Positions 12,569-25,649 of a DNA stretch of 64,000 nt are shown here, one piece after another. Below the pieces are notes generated by a model, which worked only from the letters and a program-made list of their open reading frames with translations, ran no database searches and was not told the DNA's origin. Location: contig OZ076413.1 of assembly GCA_964187785.1 (NCBI GenBank), positions 23,994,001-24,058,000 of the forward strand. The letters are read 5' to 3'. The DNA comes from Amphiscolops sp. MND2022 (taxonomy: Eukaryota). How positions within the stretch are numbered: position 1 is the first letter of the stretch; every line of letters starts with the position of its first letter. The position numbers were made by a program, and so were the translations under genes.

Positions 12569-13310
12569 AAACAAGACGGGAACGTCTAAAGTTGGCGCTA
12601 TATCTAAGGCTCAAAAAAGCGCTAAGTTTTTAAACTTGTAAAAGGGGGGACCCTTTTAGCTTTTTGAAAATCCAGTCTGTTGCAAAATATCAAAATATAT
12701 TCGGAAATTTTTTGAAAAAACTTACGAAAAAACGAAAAATGAGAATTTTGAAACAGTCTCACAGTGCCAAAAACTAGAGAGGGGGGACCCTTTGGGCTTT
12801 TTAAAACTTCGGTTTGCTGCAAAATATCAAAAAACTTGAAGGGGGGACCGTTTGGCGACAAAAGAAAAATTTGAAAATTTTTTGAAAAAAATTCAAAAAA
12901 AAACAAAAAATGAGAATTTTGAAAGACTCACAGTGCCTAAAAACTAGAAAAAGGGGACACTTTGGGCTTTTTGAAACTTCAGTTTGCTGCAAAATATCAA
13001 AAAACTTGAAGGGGGGACCGTTTGGCGACAAAAAAAACTCGAAAAAAAAGTCGCACAGTGCCGAAAAAAATTCAAAGGGGGGACCCTGTAGTCCCGTCCG
13101 GTTTTGTATCTTACATTAAAAATTGAGTACACGAAAAGGGGGACCCTTTGCAGTAACTCAGATGTGATTCCGCTTGCCAGTTCAGTACTTTCAGTAGTTC
13201 TGTAAAAAGTGTCCACTACGCATACATTCTGTGGTCTGACGAAAAAAAAAGAAAAAAAACTTGCCACTGTAATAGTCGGGCTCATTCTGATAAACTGCGC
13301 CGACTAAAAA
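12569..13310 (-). mobile_element. HINE copy 2, inserted in Gypsy copy 1
   Basis: Termini ACAAGACGGGAACGTCT... and ...GCGCCGACTAAAAA. Absent from the paralogous site at 19883-19888 (A6). Internal ~170-bp tandem repeat. Confidence 0.88.
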
Positions 13311-16300
13311 CAACCGTTCACCAAATTGATCGACTAGGGCTCACGCATCTCAGTTTTTAGACGAGATGATTTGCGGAAACTACTAAAGACGGACCTGATA
13401 TTTTCCCAATGCCAAAGACAAATTGAGAGATACGTGGGTTACAATAAGGCCACGTGGAAAGGTTGAATGTCGCAACTGAATTATCACGTCGGCGAAGCAA
13501 ACAATATTAGTGAGTATAGTAACGGTGTTGATCATATAAAAACAAAAAAGTCGAAAATTAGAAAAATAAATTAATAAATTTCCCCAACTGTTTACTAGAA
13601 GGGAAAAATAAAAAGATTTAAGATAAAATTAGCTTTTAAAGAAAACGCACAGATCACCCAAAAAACGGGAAACGAGTGCCGCTGCAACTCCAAGAAGCTG
13701 TGGAAAAAGAAATATACAAGTTGCTGGGAGATGGGAACACTAACAGTGTGGAGAAAATCAACCAGGAAGTATTCATCCAGTCAGTGGTGATAACTGTCTA
13801 ACGTGACAAATCTGTCAAAATAGCATCATATTCCAGATCGCTGAACAATGCCATTCAAAAAGAAAAGTACCAAAAAGAACGGATTGATTGGGCTTGACAA
13901 TACGATAACAGGAAGTGGCATACAACCAATTGATGAAATCTTCAAGCAATCAGGGACAAGATGAAGATGAAACAGACGAACCTTTACGAAATTTGGTGAT
14001 TCATGGAAGCTATAAATCAGTTGAACGGATTTATTCCAAACCTGGCAAAACGTTGCGCACCATTACGACCGCTATTACTTGAAGAAAAGACGCAAGAGAG
14101 AACCGACGAGAATGAAAAAGTTTTCAAACGATAAAGAAAGCAATACAACAAATCACAGAAATAAAACCTTTCAAAGAACACCAACCGGTGATAATCGTGA
14201 GCGATGCCAGTTGTGAAGGATTGGGGGCAATACTTGAGCAGAAAACAGAAGAAAATTGGAGAGCAGTCCGCTTGGCGCCGAGATTTCGACAAGTTTTAAA
14301 TAGAATTGTTCCATTACCAAACTAGAACTACTGGCAGTTGTATGGGCCATAAAAAAGTGTAGAAATTATGTAAAAATACGGAGATCGAGATAGTTTTGGA
14401 TCACGAGACGTTAGTGTCGAAATTAAAAGGAATTAGGGCGAATAAAACATTTTCTAGTATGCTTAACGGATAGTTAGACAAGTTATTACCGTTCCATATT
14501 ACAGTAATACATGTACCCGAAGAGCAAATCAAATTAAAGCTCACGAACAATGGAATACCAGGTTCGGAAGGAAAGAACGGACGTAACACCGCGGATTGAC
14601 CAATCAGAACCGAGATGGCAGAAACAAACGAGCAAGCAGATGATACGCAAGTGGCTTGTGTGAACGCGCGTGAACAAATAAATTCACAAACAAAAAAGAA
14701 CGAAATTGCCACTTCTAGTTGAAAAGCTAGCAGGGTTGAAATGGAACGTTTCTCTGAAAGTGTTTCCGGAGACGCAAGCACCGTCGAGTTCGCAAACAAA
14801 CGCAGCTCAAAACAACAGTGTTGTTTGGTCAATCATGTCGAATTTTTGCAAACTTTAGGGAATTACACCTTTGCTACTCATTCGAATCAGGTGAAATTCT
14901 ACAAAAAGTTATCGGAGTGCTAAAGAAACCTGCTTCCACTAAAACAAACAAATTACCCCCATCGGGAGGAAACATTTCAAATGATTCAGTCTTGATACCA
15001 TCGATTACTTGTACATTGACGAGAAACTTCTCTTTCCGAAGCTTTCCATCATCATGAGAAGCTCACACTGTGGACATCCGGGACGCGATAGTTTGCTTGC
15101 CACAGTATCCAACGTCTGGTGGCTGCGCCTTCACCGAGAAGTACTCGGAATTGCAAAGTTGTGCCAACAGTGTCAAGTAGCCGTAAGATAATCAAACCAC
15201 TTCTTAGACAGAACCAAATAGGAAAGCTGCCAAAATGCAAAGAAAATAACCAAGAAATTGCAATCAATTTTGGTGGACCGTTCCAGAATGCAATTAAAGC
15301 GGAAAAGTATCTATTAGTGTCTATAGATCATTTAAACGGATGGTCTGAAGAAAAATGTTCAGTGAAACGAGACATAGAAAAAGTAATTGCATTTTTAAAA
15401 TAATTTATAGCGAGACACGGAATCCCACAAACTATAAGGACTGACCCAGCTACTTTTTTCAGAAGCAAGCGTTCTAAAGAATTCTGTAAAAAAAGGTACA
15501 TAAAACATGTAGAATGCCCGATAAGGGATCACAAGGGTAATCGGAAAATAGAAACGCTGATTCGCACAATAAATAATATATAGCGAGACACGGAACCCAC
15601 AAGATATACATACTGACGAGCTACTATTGTTAGAAGCAAGCGCCCTAAAGAGTTCTGTGAGAAAAAATGCCATAAAACATTTAGAATTCCTGAGTAGTGA
15701 TCACAAGGGCTATGGGAAAACAGAAAGGCCGATTCGCCAATAAACGAAAGGTTACGAGCCAATAAAAAAAGTCCGCAAGGAGAATTCACGATTAAAAAGA
15801 TCCTATTCGCACTAAGAATGAATCCGTCGGCTAAAAATAATTCACGATACGACCTGTACACTGGCCAGCAACCAAATATAATTAAAAGAATTCTAACAAA
15901 CAAACCAAAGTCCATTTCAGAAACACCGGAGTTCAAGTTAACAGGCGACGACTTTGAATTAGGGCAGGATTCAACATTTCTCGTCAAGGAGAGAACGCGA
16001 GGATCGAAGCTGGAAGGTATATACCAGAAAAAGAAAGGATTGTTGCTAGAACAGAGCAACCATACACTTACCTTCTTGTCCTCAGGAAGAACAAAGAAGA
16101 CAATTATCTCCAAAAGAGGGTTTGGGTACGCGAACAGCAACCATGCTGCTCTAAATGGAAGAAGATGCCCCCACAACAGCTAAGCGAGAATGACTCAACA
16201 AACGAGAGTGAGTTGACACTTGAGAGTGAGCTGCCACAAGAGAACGAGGTGGCAAATCAACCAGCCAATCAGAAAACAGCAAAACGAAACAGCCGCAAAG

Positions 16301-16470
16301 CAACAACAGCGCAATTAGCGGGAAACCCAAAAGTGGCCCAGAAGCCAAAAGCGGCAATAAGAGAATCGAAACGAAAGATCAAAGAAAGGCAAACCACAAA
16401 CAACAAGACAAATAGACGCGAGATGGTGAAAAGTGAGAAAACATAAAAACATCTGGAATTAGTAGAATCC

Positions 16471-16506
16471 GAAGAAGAAGAAGAAGAAGAAGAAGAAGAA
16501 GAAGAA
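16471..16506 (+). repeat. (GAA)12 microsatellite; (GAA)9 in the paralog at 23046-23072
   Basis: Direct reading. Lies in the acidic integrase C-terminal region. Confidence 0.9.
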
Positions 16507-16631
16507 AAAGAGATAGAGCCGGGAAGAAACAAACCAGAAAAAAGGAAGAGAAAAAACTCCGAAACAGAAACAATCGGAGAAGAAGAACCAGAAATTGAAC
16601 CGACTTCAGAACCAAGGCCCAAGACGAGGAC

Positions 16632-17023
16632 AAACAAGACGGGAACGTCCCAAGTCGGCGCCATATCTTAGGCTCAAAAATATTCAAGGAACAACTATTG
16701 TAAAAATTTGGAAAAAAAAATTTTTCAAAAAAATTATTTTTGAAATTTTTTTCGAAAAAGTATTTTTTAAGTCGCAAAATGCCGAAAAAAATCCAAAGGG
16801 GGGACCCTTTGGGCACGTCCGGTTGTGTATGTTTCCTTGAAAAAGTAAAAACTGAAAGGGGGACCCTTTGGAGTAAAGTTTGCCTTCTGCGCAGAATTGC
16901 AGAATTGTAAGAAAAGTGGACCACTCAGAGTGAGATTGTCAACTGAAAAAAACAAAAAAAAAAAAAACTACTCACTGTAAGAGTCGGGCTTTTTTCCTTA
17001 AGGGAAAAGGCGCCGACTAAAAA
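16632..17023 (-). mobile_element. HINE copy 3, inserted in Gypsy copy 1
   Basis: Termini AAACAAGACGGGAACGTCCCAAGTCGGCGCC and AGTCGGGCTTTTTTCCTTAAGGGAAAAGGCGCCGACTAAAAA. Empty paralogous site GGAC-A6-TAGAGG at 23186-23201. Confidence 0.9.
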
Positions 17024-17499
17024 TAGAGGCATGTCCAATTTCTTTGGTCAGAATGTGATGATTTTCCAAAAAAAGAAGACTAAGAAAGTCAGGAGAGAAC
17101 GATCACCCGAATTCTAAAACTCCACAACAAACAATACAAACTTCAGGGTTACATACCAGAACCCGAATTTAAGTTACTAATATTTTAACTATCCACGTTT
17201 CTTTGAATTATTTTAGTATGTATTTTCATTAACATGAAGCTGTTATAAAATCGTTTGTGTAATTTTATACAGACCAATTTTTCATTTTTAATGTGGGAGA
17301 TGTGACAGAGCGCAAGCCTCACAGTAAAATGTGGTTCTTCTCCGTTTCCCCCCAATTTTTTTTGGAGAATTAGTGAAGATCTTCTTCAAGCAAATAGACT
17401 TGAATCCAAACCAGAAAGCTTCAGTTTCAAATTTATTCTCAGGGTAATAGTTTAGGATTCAGATACAAACTTTGTTCACACTTTTTCCCTATGTATGTT

Positions 17500-19430
17500 A
17501 CGCATTTTTGATGAAGAAATCAACAGCTTCCTGTTTTGAGTCATTAATAAACACTTAGTACGAGCATAATTATGGTCAAAATGAGTGAACAATGTTTTGT
17601 TCCAGCGGAAAACTGTTCCAATAGAAGTTAACTTCCTATTATGAAAGAAGGTTCTATTTTTAATTTTTTTATTTTTAATTGTAGAGTCTGAAGTTTTTAA
17701 GGAAAGTTATTTTCAAAATTTTTGGTGGTGGGGGGAAAACAGAAAAGAGCCTAAAATGTTTGCAGGGTGATTTACAGATTGATTTTTTAGAAAGGGTGTT
17801 ACAATATAAAGGATGCATTCAAAGAATTGAAGAACATGCCCGCGTTCCACATGCATGCGAATCGCGATTGCATCATATTTACATTTTAACGACTGAACAA
17901 TATCACCGGAGTGTGGATACCACAAAATCCCTACATATGTTCATTCAGAACGGAAGCTAAAATACATTCGTTCCCAACAAACACCCTTCAAGTTTTTCCT
18001 GCGAAACAGTGACAAAATGTTTTTTTTACTTCGAAATACCAGATTTCAGTCAGTAGGCCAATTTGACTCTAGAGGGCACTAAAAGCGTGCAGTGCTGAAA
18101 AAGTTGAGTTCTAACTGAACCTTGTTTGATAAATTGTGTTTCTTGAGTCAGGAAAGCCATAAAACCATGAGTCATTGATAATGACACAATTGAAGTTTTT
18201 ATGCCGGATGCTACTGTAGTAGACCTTTGTGAGCGAAAAGTATCTTCAAACATTAAAACCCTTGCTGCTGCAAACGATGAAGTTCCCTCTCTACCGAAGT
18301 TAGCCTTCGTTACCAAAATCACTGATTTTTGAAAAAGCTAGAATCCAAACCTATCATAGACCACAAATCTCCTAATCCGGATGGACTGACAATAGTAAAA
18401 ATTTTTGTTACCTCCGAAATTAAAGTTGGTGGAACACCATTCCAGTTAACGAATCGTTCTGAAATGGAGTTTTGCCATTGCTTCTTGAAAATGCCAGTGA
18501 CACCGCGCTACAAGTCCAGCAAGAAATATGTTAGTAAAAACTAAAGACTTCTTGAACCCTTTTGTCTGTTCGGGGCAATACCTTCGGGTTCGTTGTTTAT
18601 GACCGATTATATGAACATCAAGGTGAAATTGACTTAAGTCTGAACAAAACTGAACAAAAATTGCCTCGGATACAACAATTGTTGTATCCGAGACAATTTT
18701 TGTTCACTTTCAAAAGCAGCCATCTTTCTGGTTTTCTTGACATTACAAAACTGATTCGATAATAATTTCAATGCATCAATACAATTTCATGCATCTACGG
18801 AAATCTTTCACTCCAATAGATTGATTTTCTGGTTGAAAGTTGAAGCTTGGGGACTCAGAGATGCATACTTCGTTTGCCTCGGATCATGTCTGCAGCGACG
18901 AAGACAAAGTGTTTTTTCCGGAAAATGTTTCATCGGAGAAAATCCAAGAACACCATGAAGAACAAATTAGCAATTTTCTTATACGCAAAAAGCGCATAAA
19001 CGGAAGTTTTTGACGTTTCTTGAATTTTTTTGAAGGAAAGTTTCAAAAATTGTCAAAGTTTCAACAAAATGTGGCCCTTCCGGGTCAAAAAAACGCGTTG
19101 TCGAAACTAAAAACATCGACAAAATTGAAAGAAGAAATCCACAAAAAGCCGCCCTGAGTTTTCTTCAAATTCTGCTGAAAATCAAAGGCCACCCTGGCGT
19201 AACTAGAAAAATCAGAATAATCATGGATAATGCTGAAAAATATATTTACTGGGACCCTTTAGTCTGACATCCCAATTTACAGCACACAACATTTCGGTCC
19301 AGTCAAACAAAAAACAAACTACAGGGACAAAAATCAAAACAATCACTGACTGCAGAGTACCTCAAGGGTCAATTCCATGCCCATTGTTTCTCAGAGGTTC
19401 TAAACGATTTTCTTCGAAGCATTAAATCAT
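17500..19430. pseudogene. Highly decayed LINE RT remnants in both orientations (duplicated at about 23650-25650)
   Basis: Plus-strand KTITDYRGPQGSIPCPLFL (25396 ORF) resembles the GVPQGSILGPLLF motif. Minus-strand YYSSIRHKNFNCVII resembles a LINE C-terminal region. Confidence 0.4.
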
Positions 19431-19781
19431 CAATGATGTCGGGTTCCAGAAGCATGTCGATCCCGACAGGCACGCTGATATTACGATCCCCCAGCATCAG
19501 ATATTCCTCGTGAAGCATCTGCAAGATATCTACCATTGCGGTAGGTAGTAAGCAGTTGTTTTCGACATCAAGTGAAATTTAAGGTCTAACAAGTCTGCAT
19601 TTGAAGTTGGTAACTTACCGTGCGTCTTTTGTGGAATTGGAGCACCCAGGGTTACAATGATTGACGGTGTTTTTTGCACTTTTACCATTAGTGCCTTAGC
19701 TTTTGCCTAAGTAATGAAGCTAACCTGATCCAGATCCACAATGGCCAGTCGAAACAGACCTATCGGCTGACTGATCTGCTT

Positions 19782-22700
19782 ACGACCAATCAGATGGAAG
19801 TAGCGAGACGCAAGAGGACAAAGTGGTGCTTCATATAGAAAGGAAACAAGGCATTCACTGTTCGAAATGAAAAGGAAAGATTAAAAAACATCCGTTCACC
19901 AAATTGATCGACTAGGGCTCACGCATCTCAGTTTTTAGACGAGATGATTTGCGGAAACTACTAAAGACCGACCTGATATTTTCCCAATGCCAAAGACAGA
20001 GTGAGAGATACGTGGGTTACAATAAAGCCACGTGGAAAGGTTGAATGTCGCAACTAAATTATCACGTCGGCGAAGCAAACATTAAAAGTGAGTATAGTAA
20101 CGTTGTTGATCATACAAAAACAAAAGAAGTCAAAAATTAGAAAAATAAGTTAATAAATTTCCCCAACTGTTTACTAGAAGGAAAAAATAAAAAGATATAA
20201 GATAAAATTAGCTTTTAAAGAAAACGCACAGATCACCCAGAAAACGGGAAACGAGTGCCGCTGCAACTCCAAGAAGCTGTGGAAAAAGAAATAGACAAGT
20301 TGCTGGCAGATGGGAACACTAACAGTGTGGAGAAAATCAACCAGGAAGTATTCATCCAGTCAGTGGTGATAACTGTCTAACGAGACAAATCTGTCAAAAT
20401 AGTATCAGATTCCAGATCGCTAAACAATGCCATTCAAAAAGAAAAGTACCAAAAAACACGGATTGATTGGGCTTGACAATACGATAACAGGAAGTGGCAT
20501 ACAACCAATTGATGAAATCTTCAAGCAATCAGGGACAAGATGAAGATGAAACAGACGAACCTTTACGAACTTCGGTCATTCATGGGAGCTATAAATCAGT
20601 TGAACGGATTTATTCCAAACCTGGCAAAACGTTGCGCACCATTACGACCGCTATTACTTAAAGAAAAGACGCAAGAGATAACCGACGAAATTGAAAAAGT
20701 TTTCAAACGATAAAGGAAGCAATACAACAAATCACAGAAATAAAACACTTCAAAGAACACCAACTGATGAGAATCGTGAGCGATGCCAGTCGTGAAGGAT
20801 TGGGGCAATACTTGAGCAGAAAACAGAAGAAAGTTGGAGAGCAGTCCGCTTGGCGCCGAGATTTCGACAAGTTTTAAATAGAATTGTTCCATTAACAAAC
20901 TAGAACTACTGGCAGTTGTATGGGCCATAAAAAAATTTAGAAATTATGTAAATGTACGGAGATCGAGATAGTTTTGGATCACGAGACGTTAGTGTCGAAA
21001 TTAAAAGGAATTAGGGCGAATAAAACATTTTCTAGTATGCTTACCAGATGGTTAGACAAGTTATTGCCGTTCCATATTACAGTAATACATGTACCCGAAG
21101 AGCAAATCAAATTAAAGCTCACGAACAATGGAATACCAGGTCCGGAAGGAAAGAACGGACGTAACACCGCGGATTGACCAATCAGAACCGAGATGGCAGA
21201 AACAAACGAGCAAGCAGATGATACGCAAGTGGCTAGTGTGAACGCGCGTGAACAAATAAATTCACAAACAAAAAAGAACAAAATTGCCACTTCTAGTTTA
21301 AAAGCTAGCAGGGTTGAAATGGAACGTTTCTCTGGAAGTTATTCCGGAGACGCAAGCACCGTCGAGTTCGCAAACAAACGCAGCTCAAAACAACAGTGTT
21401 GTTTGGTCAATCATGTCGAATTTTTGCAAACTTTAGGGAATTACACCTTTGCTACTCATTCGAATCAGGTGAAATTCTACAAAAAGTTATCGGAGTGCTA
21501 AAGAAACCTGCTTCCACTAAAATAAACAAATTACCCCCGTCGGGAGGAAACATTTCAAATGCTTCAGTCTTGATACCATCGATTACCTGTACATTGACGA
21601 GAAACTCCTCTTTCCGAAGCTTTCCATCATCATGAGAAGCTCACACTGTGGACATCCGGGACGCTTGCCACAGTATCCAACGTCTGGTGGCTGCGCCTTC
21701 ACCGAGAAGTACTCGGAATTGCAAAGTTGTGCCAACAGTGTCAAGTAAACCGTAAGAAAATCAAACCACTTCTTAGACAGAACCATATAGGAAAGCTGCC
21801 AAAATGCAAAGAAAATAACCAAGAAATTGCAATCAATTTTGGTGGACCGTTCCAGAATGCAAGTAAAGCGGAAAAGTATCTATTAGTGTCTATAGATCAT
21901 TTAAACGGATGGCCTGAAGAAAAATGTTTAGTGAAACAAGACATAGAAAAAGTAATAGCATTTTTGAAATAATTTATAGCGAGACACGGAATCCCACAAG
22001 CTATAAGGACTGACCCGGCTACTTCTTTCAGAAGCAAGCGTTCTAAAGAATTCTGTGAGAAAAGGTACATAAAACATGTAGAATGCCCGATAAGGGATCA
22101 CAAGGGTAATCGGAAAATAGAAACGCTGATTCGCACAATAAATAATATATAGCGAGACACGGAACCCACAAACTATACATACTGACGAGCTACTATTGTT
22201 AGAAGCAAGCGCCCTAAAGAGTACTGTGAGAAAAAATGCCATAAAACATGTAGAAATCCTGAGTAGTGATCACAAGGGCTATGGGAAAACAGAAAGGCCG
22301 ATTCGCCAAAAAACGAAAGGTTACGAGTCAAAAAAAAACAGTCCGCAAGGAGAATTCACGATTAAAAAGATCCTATTCGCACTAAGAACGAATCCGTCGG
22401 CTAAAAATAATTCACCATACGACCTGTACACTGGCCAGCAACCAAATATAATCAAAAAAGAATTCTAACAAACAAACCAAAGTCCATTTCAGAAACACCG
22501 GAGTTCAAGTTAACAGACGACGACTTTGAATTAGGGCAGGATTCAACCATTCTCGTCAAGAGAACGCGAGGATCGAAGCTGGAATGTATATACCAGAAAA
22601 AGAAAGGATTGTTGCTAGAACAGAGCAACCATACACTTACCTTATTGTCCTCAGGAAGAGCGAAGAAGACAATTATCTCCAAAAGAAGTTTTGGGTACAG

Positions 22701-23490
22701 GGAACAGCAACCATGCTGCTCTAAATGGAAGAAGATGCCCCACAACAGCTAAGCGAGAATGAGTCAACAAACGAGAGTGAGTTGACACATGAGAGTGAGC
22801 TGCCACAAGAGAACGAGGTGGCAAATCAACCAGCCAATCAGAAAACAGCAAAACGAAACAGCCGCAAAGCAACAACAGCGCAATTGGCGGGAAACCCAAA
22901 AGTGGCACAGAAGCCAAAAGCGGCAATAAGAGAATCGAAACGAAAGATCAAAGAAAGGCAAACCACAAACAACAATGCAAATAGACGCGAGATGGTGAAA
23001 AGTGAGAAAACATAAAAACATCTGGAATTAGTAGAATCCGAAAAAGAAGAAGAAGAAGAAGAAGAAGAAGAAACAAGCCGGGAAGAAAAAAACCAGAAAA
23101 AAGGAAGAGAAAAACTCCGAAACAGAAACAATCGGAGAAGAAGAACCAGAAATTGAACCGACTTCAGAACCAAGGCCCAAGACGAGGACAAAAAATAGAG
23201 GCATGTCCAATTTCTTTGGTCAGAATGTGATGATTTTCCAAAAAAAGAAGACTAAGAAAGTCAGGAGAGAACGATCACCCGAATTCTAAAACTCCAAAAC
23301 AAACAATACAAACTTCAGGGTTACATACCAGAACCCGAATTTAAGTTACTAATATTATAACTATCCACGTTTATTTGAATTATTTTAGTATGTATTTTCA
23401 TTAACATGAAGCTGTTATAAAATCCTTTGTGTAATTTTATACAGACCAGTTTTTCATTTTTAATGTTGGGGATGTGACAAAGCGCAAGCC
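19782..23490 (+). mobile_element. Gypsy copy 2 (5'-truncated by the duplication breakpoint)
   Basis: Matches 12468-17320 minus the two HINEs. Same disabling lesions. GGGGA+TGTGAC LTR start near 23473. Confidence 0.9.
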
Positions 23491-24860
23491 TCACAGTAAA
23501 ATGTGGTTCTTTTCTGTTTTCCCCCAATTTTTTGGAGAATTAGTGAAGATCTTCTTCAAGCAAATAGACTTGAATCCAAACCAGAAAGCTTCAGTTTCAA
23601 ATTTGTTCTCAGGGTAATAGTTTAGGATTCAGATACAAACTTTGTTCACACTTTTTCCCTATGTATGTTACGCATTTTTGATGAAGAAATCAACAACTTC
23701 CTGTTTTGAGTCATTAATAAACACTTGATACGAGCATAATTATGGCCAAAATGAGTGAACAATGTTTTGTTCAAGCGGAAAACTGTTCCAATAGAACTTA
23801 ACTTCCTATTATGAAAGAAGGTTTTTTTAATTGGGCTAGTCTGAAGTTTTTAAGGAAAGTAATTTTCAAAAATTTTGGTGGTGGGGGAAAAACAGAAAAG
23901 AGCCTAAAATGTTTGCAGGGTGATTTACAGATTGATTTTTTAGAAAGGGTGTTACAATATAAAGGATGCATTCAAAGAATTGAAGAACATGCCCGCGTTC
24001 CACATGCATGTGAATCGCGATTGCATCATATTTACGTTTTAACGACTGAACAATATCACCGGAGTGTGGATACCACAAAATCCCTACATATGTTCATTCA
24101 GAACGGAAGCTAAAATACATTCGTTCCCAACAAACACCCTTCAAGTTTTTCCTGCGAAACAGTGACAAAATGTTTTTTTTACTTCGAAATACCAGATTTC
24201 AGTCAGTAGGCCAATTTGACTCTAGAGGGCACTAAAAGCGTGCAGTGCTGAAAAAGTTGAGTTCTAACTGAACCTTGTTTGATAAATTGTGTTTCTTGAG
24301 TCAGGAAAGCCATAAAACCATGAGTCATTGAAAATGACACAATTGAAGTTTTTATGCCGGATGCTACTGTAGTAGACCTTTGTGAGCGAAAAGTATCTTC
24401 AAACATTAAAACCCTTGCTGCTGCAAACGATGAAGTTCCCTCTCTACCGAAGTTAGCCTTCGTTACCAAAATCACTGATTTTTGAAAAAGCTAGAATCCA
24501 AACCTATCATAGACCACAAATCTCCTAATCCGGATGGACTGACAATAGTAAAAATTTTTGTTACCTCCGAAATTAAAGTTGGTGGAACACCATTCCAGTT
24601 AACGAATCGTTCTGAAATGGAGTTTTGCCATTGCTTCTTGAAAATGCCAGTGACACCGCGCTACAAGTCCAGCAAGAAATATGTTAGTAAAAACTAAAGA
24701 CTTCTTGAACCCTTTTGTCTGTTCGGGGCAATACCTTCAGGTTCGTTGTTTATGACCGATTATATAAACATCAAGGTGAAATTGACTTGTTGTATCCGAG
24801 ACAATTTTTGTTCAGTTTCAAAAGCAGCCATTTTTCTGGTTTTCTTGACATTACAGAACT

Positions 24861-24944
24861 GATTCGATAATAATCGATTCGATAATAATCGATTCGATAA
24901 TAATCGATTCGATAATAATCGATTCGATAATAATCGATTCGATA
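24861..24944. repeat. 15-bp minisatellite (GATTCGATAATAATC) x5.6
   Basis: Five identical units plus a partial one. Single unit at the paralogous site near 18753. Confidence 0.95.
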
Positions 24945-25649
24945 TCGTTAGATTTTAATTTCAACATTTCATGCATCGACGGAAACCTTTCACTCCAATA
25001 TATTGATTTTTGTTGGAAATTGAAGCTTGGGGACTCAGAGATGCATACTTCGTTTGCCTCAGATCATGTCTGCAGCGACAAAGACAAAGTGTTTTTTCAA
25101 GAGGCGCAGTAGAACGCCATTTTTTTCGAAAAATGTTTTAACGGAGTAAATCCAAGGACATCATGAAGAACAAATTAGCTATTTTCTTAGACGAAAAAAG
25201 CGCATAAACGGAAGTTTTTGACGTCTCTTGAAATTTTTTGAAGGAAAGTTTCAAAAATTGTCAAAGTTTCAACAAAATGTGGCCATTCAGGATCAAAAAA
25301 ACTCGTTGTCAAAACTGAAAACATCGACAAAATTGAAAGAAGAAATCCACAAAAAGCCGCACTGAGCTTTTTGTTCGAGTTTTCTTCAAGTTCTGTTGAA
25401 AATCAAAGGCCACACTTGCGTAACTAGAAAAACCAGAATAATCATGGATGATGCTAAAAAATATATTAGCTGGGACCCTTTAGTCTGCCATCCCAATTTA
25501 CAGCACACAAATTTTTGGTCCAGCCAAAACATGAAACAAATTACAGGGAAAAAAATCAAAACAATCACTGACTACAGAGGACCTCAAGGGTCAATTCCAT
25601 GCCCACTGTTTCTCAGAAATTCTAAACGATTTTCTTCGAAGCATTAAAT

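Larger units (their letters stand above)
11346..17320 (+). mobile_element. Decayed Ty3/Gypsy LTR retrotransposon, copy 1
   Basis: Gag (from 11538; zinc knuckle CRNCALIGHFARIC), protease LID*GSRISVF, RT fragments lacking YxDD, RNase H (SDAS, ELLAVVWAIKK) and integrase (HCGHPG, CQQC, GIPQTIRTD). A purine tract followed by TGTGACAGAGCGCAAGCC near 17301 matches 11346 (putative LTR starts). Confidence 0.9.

Noticed and set aside
12622-13285. Phe/Lys-rich ORFs in HINE copies (also 1828-2244, 16379-16955, 50889-51407, 63668-63904)
   Set aside because: Low-complexity frames of non-coding A/T-tract repeats.
16269-16924. Antisense poly-Ser/poly-Leu ORFs (also 22838-23191)
   Set aside because: Shadow frames of the GAA microsatellite and purine-rich integrase tail.
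23071-23086. HINE terminus-like AAACAAGCCGGGAAG
   Set aside because: Lacks the hairpin partner and subTIR. It corresponds to ordinary Gypsy sequence at 16511-16530.
24861-24944. Possible CRISPR array
   Set aside because: Identical units abut with no spacers, there are no cas genes, and the context is eukaryotic.
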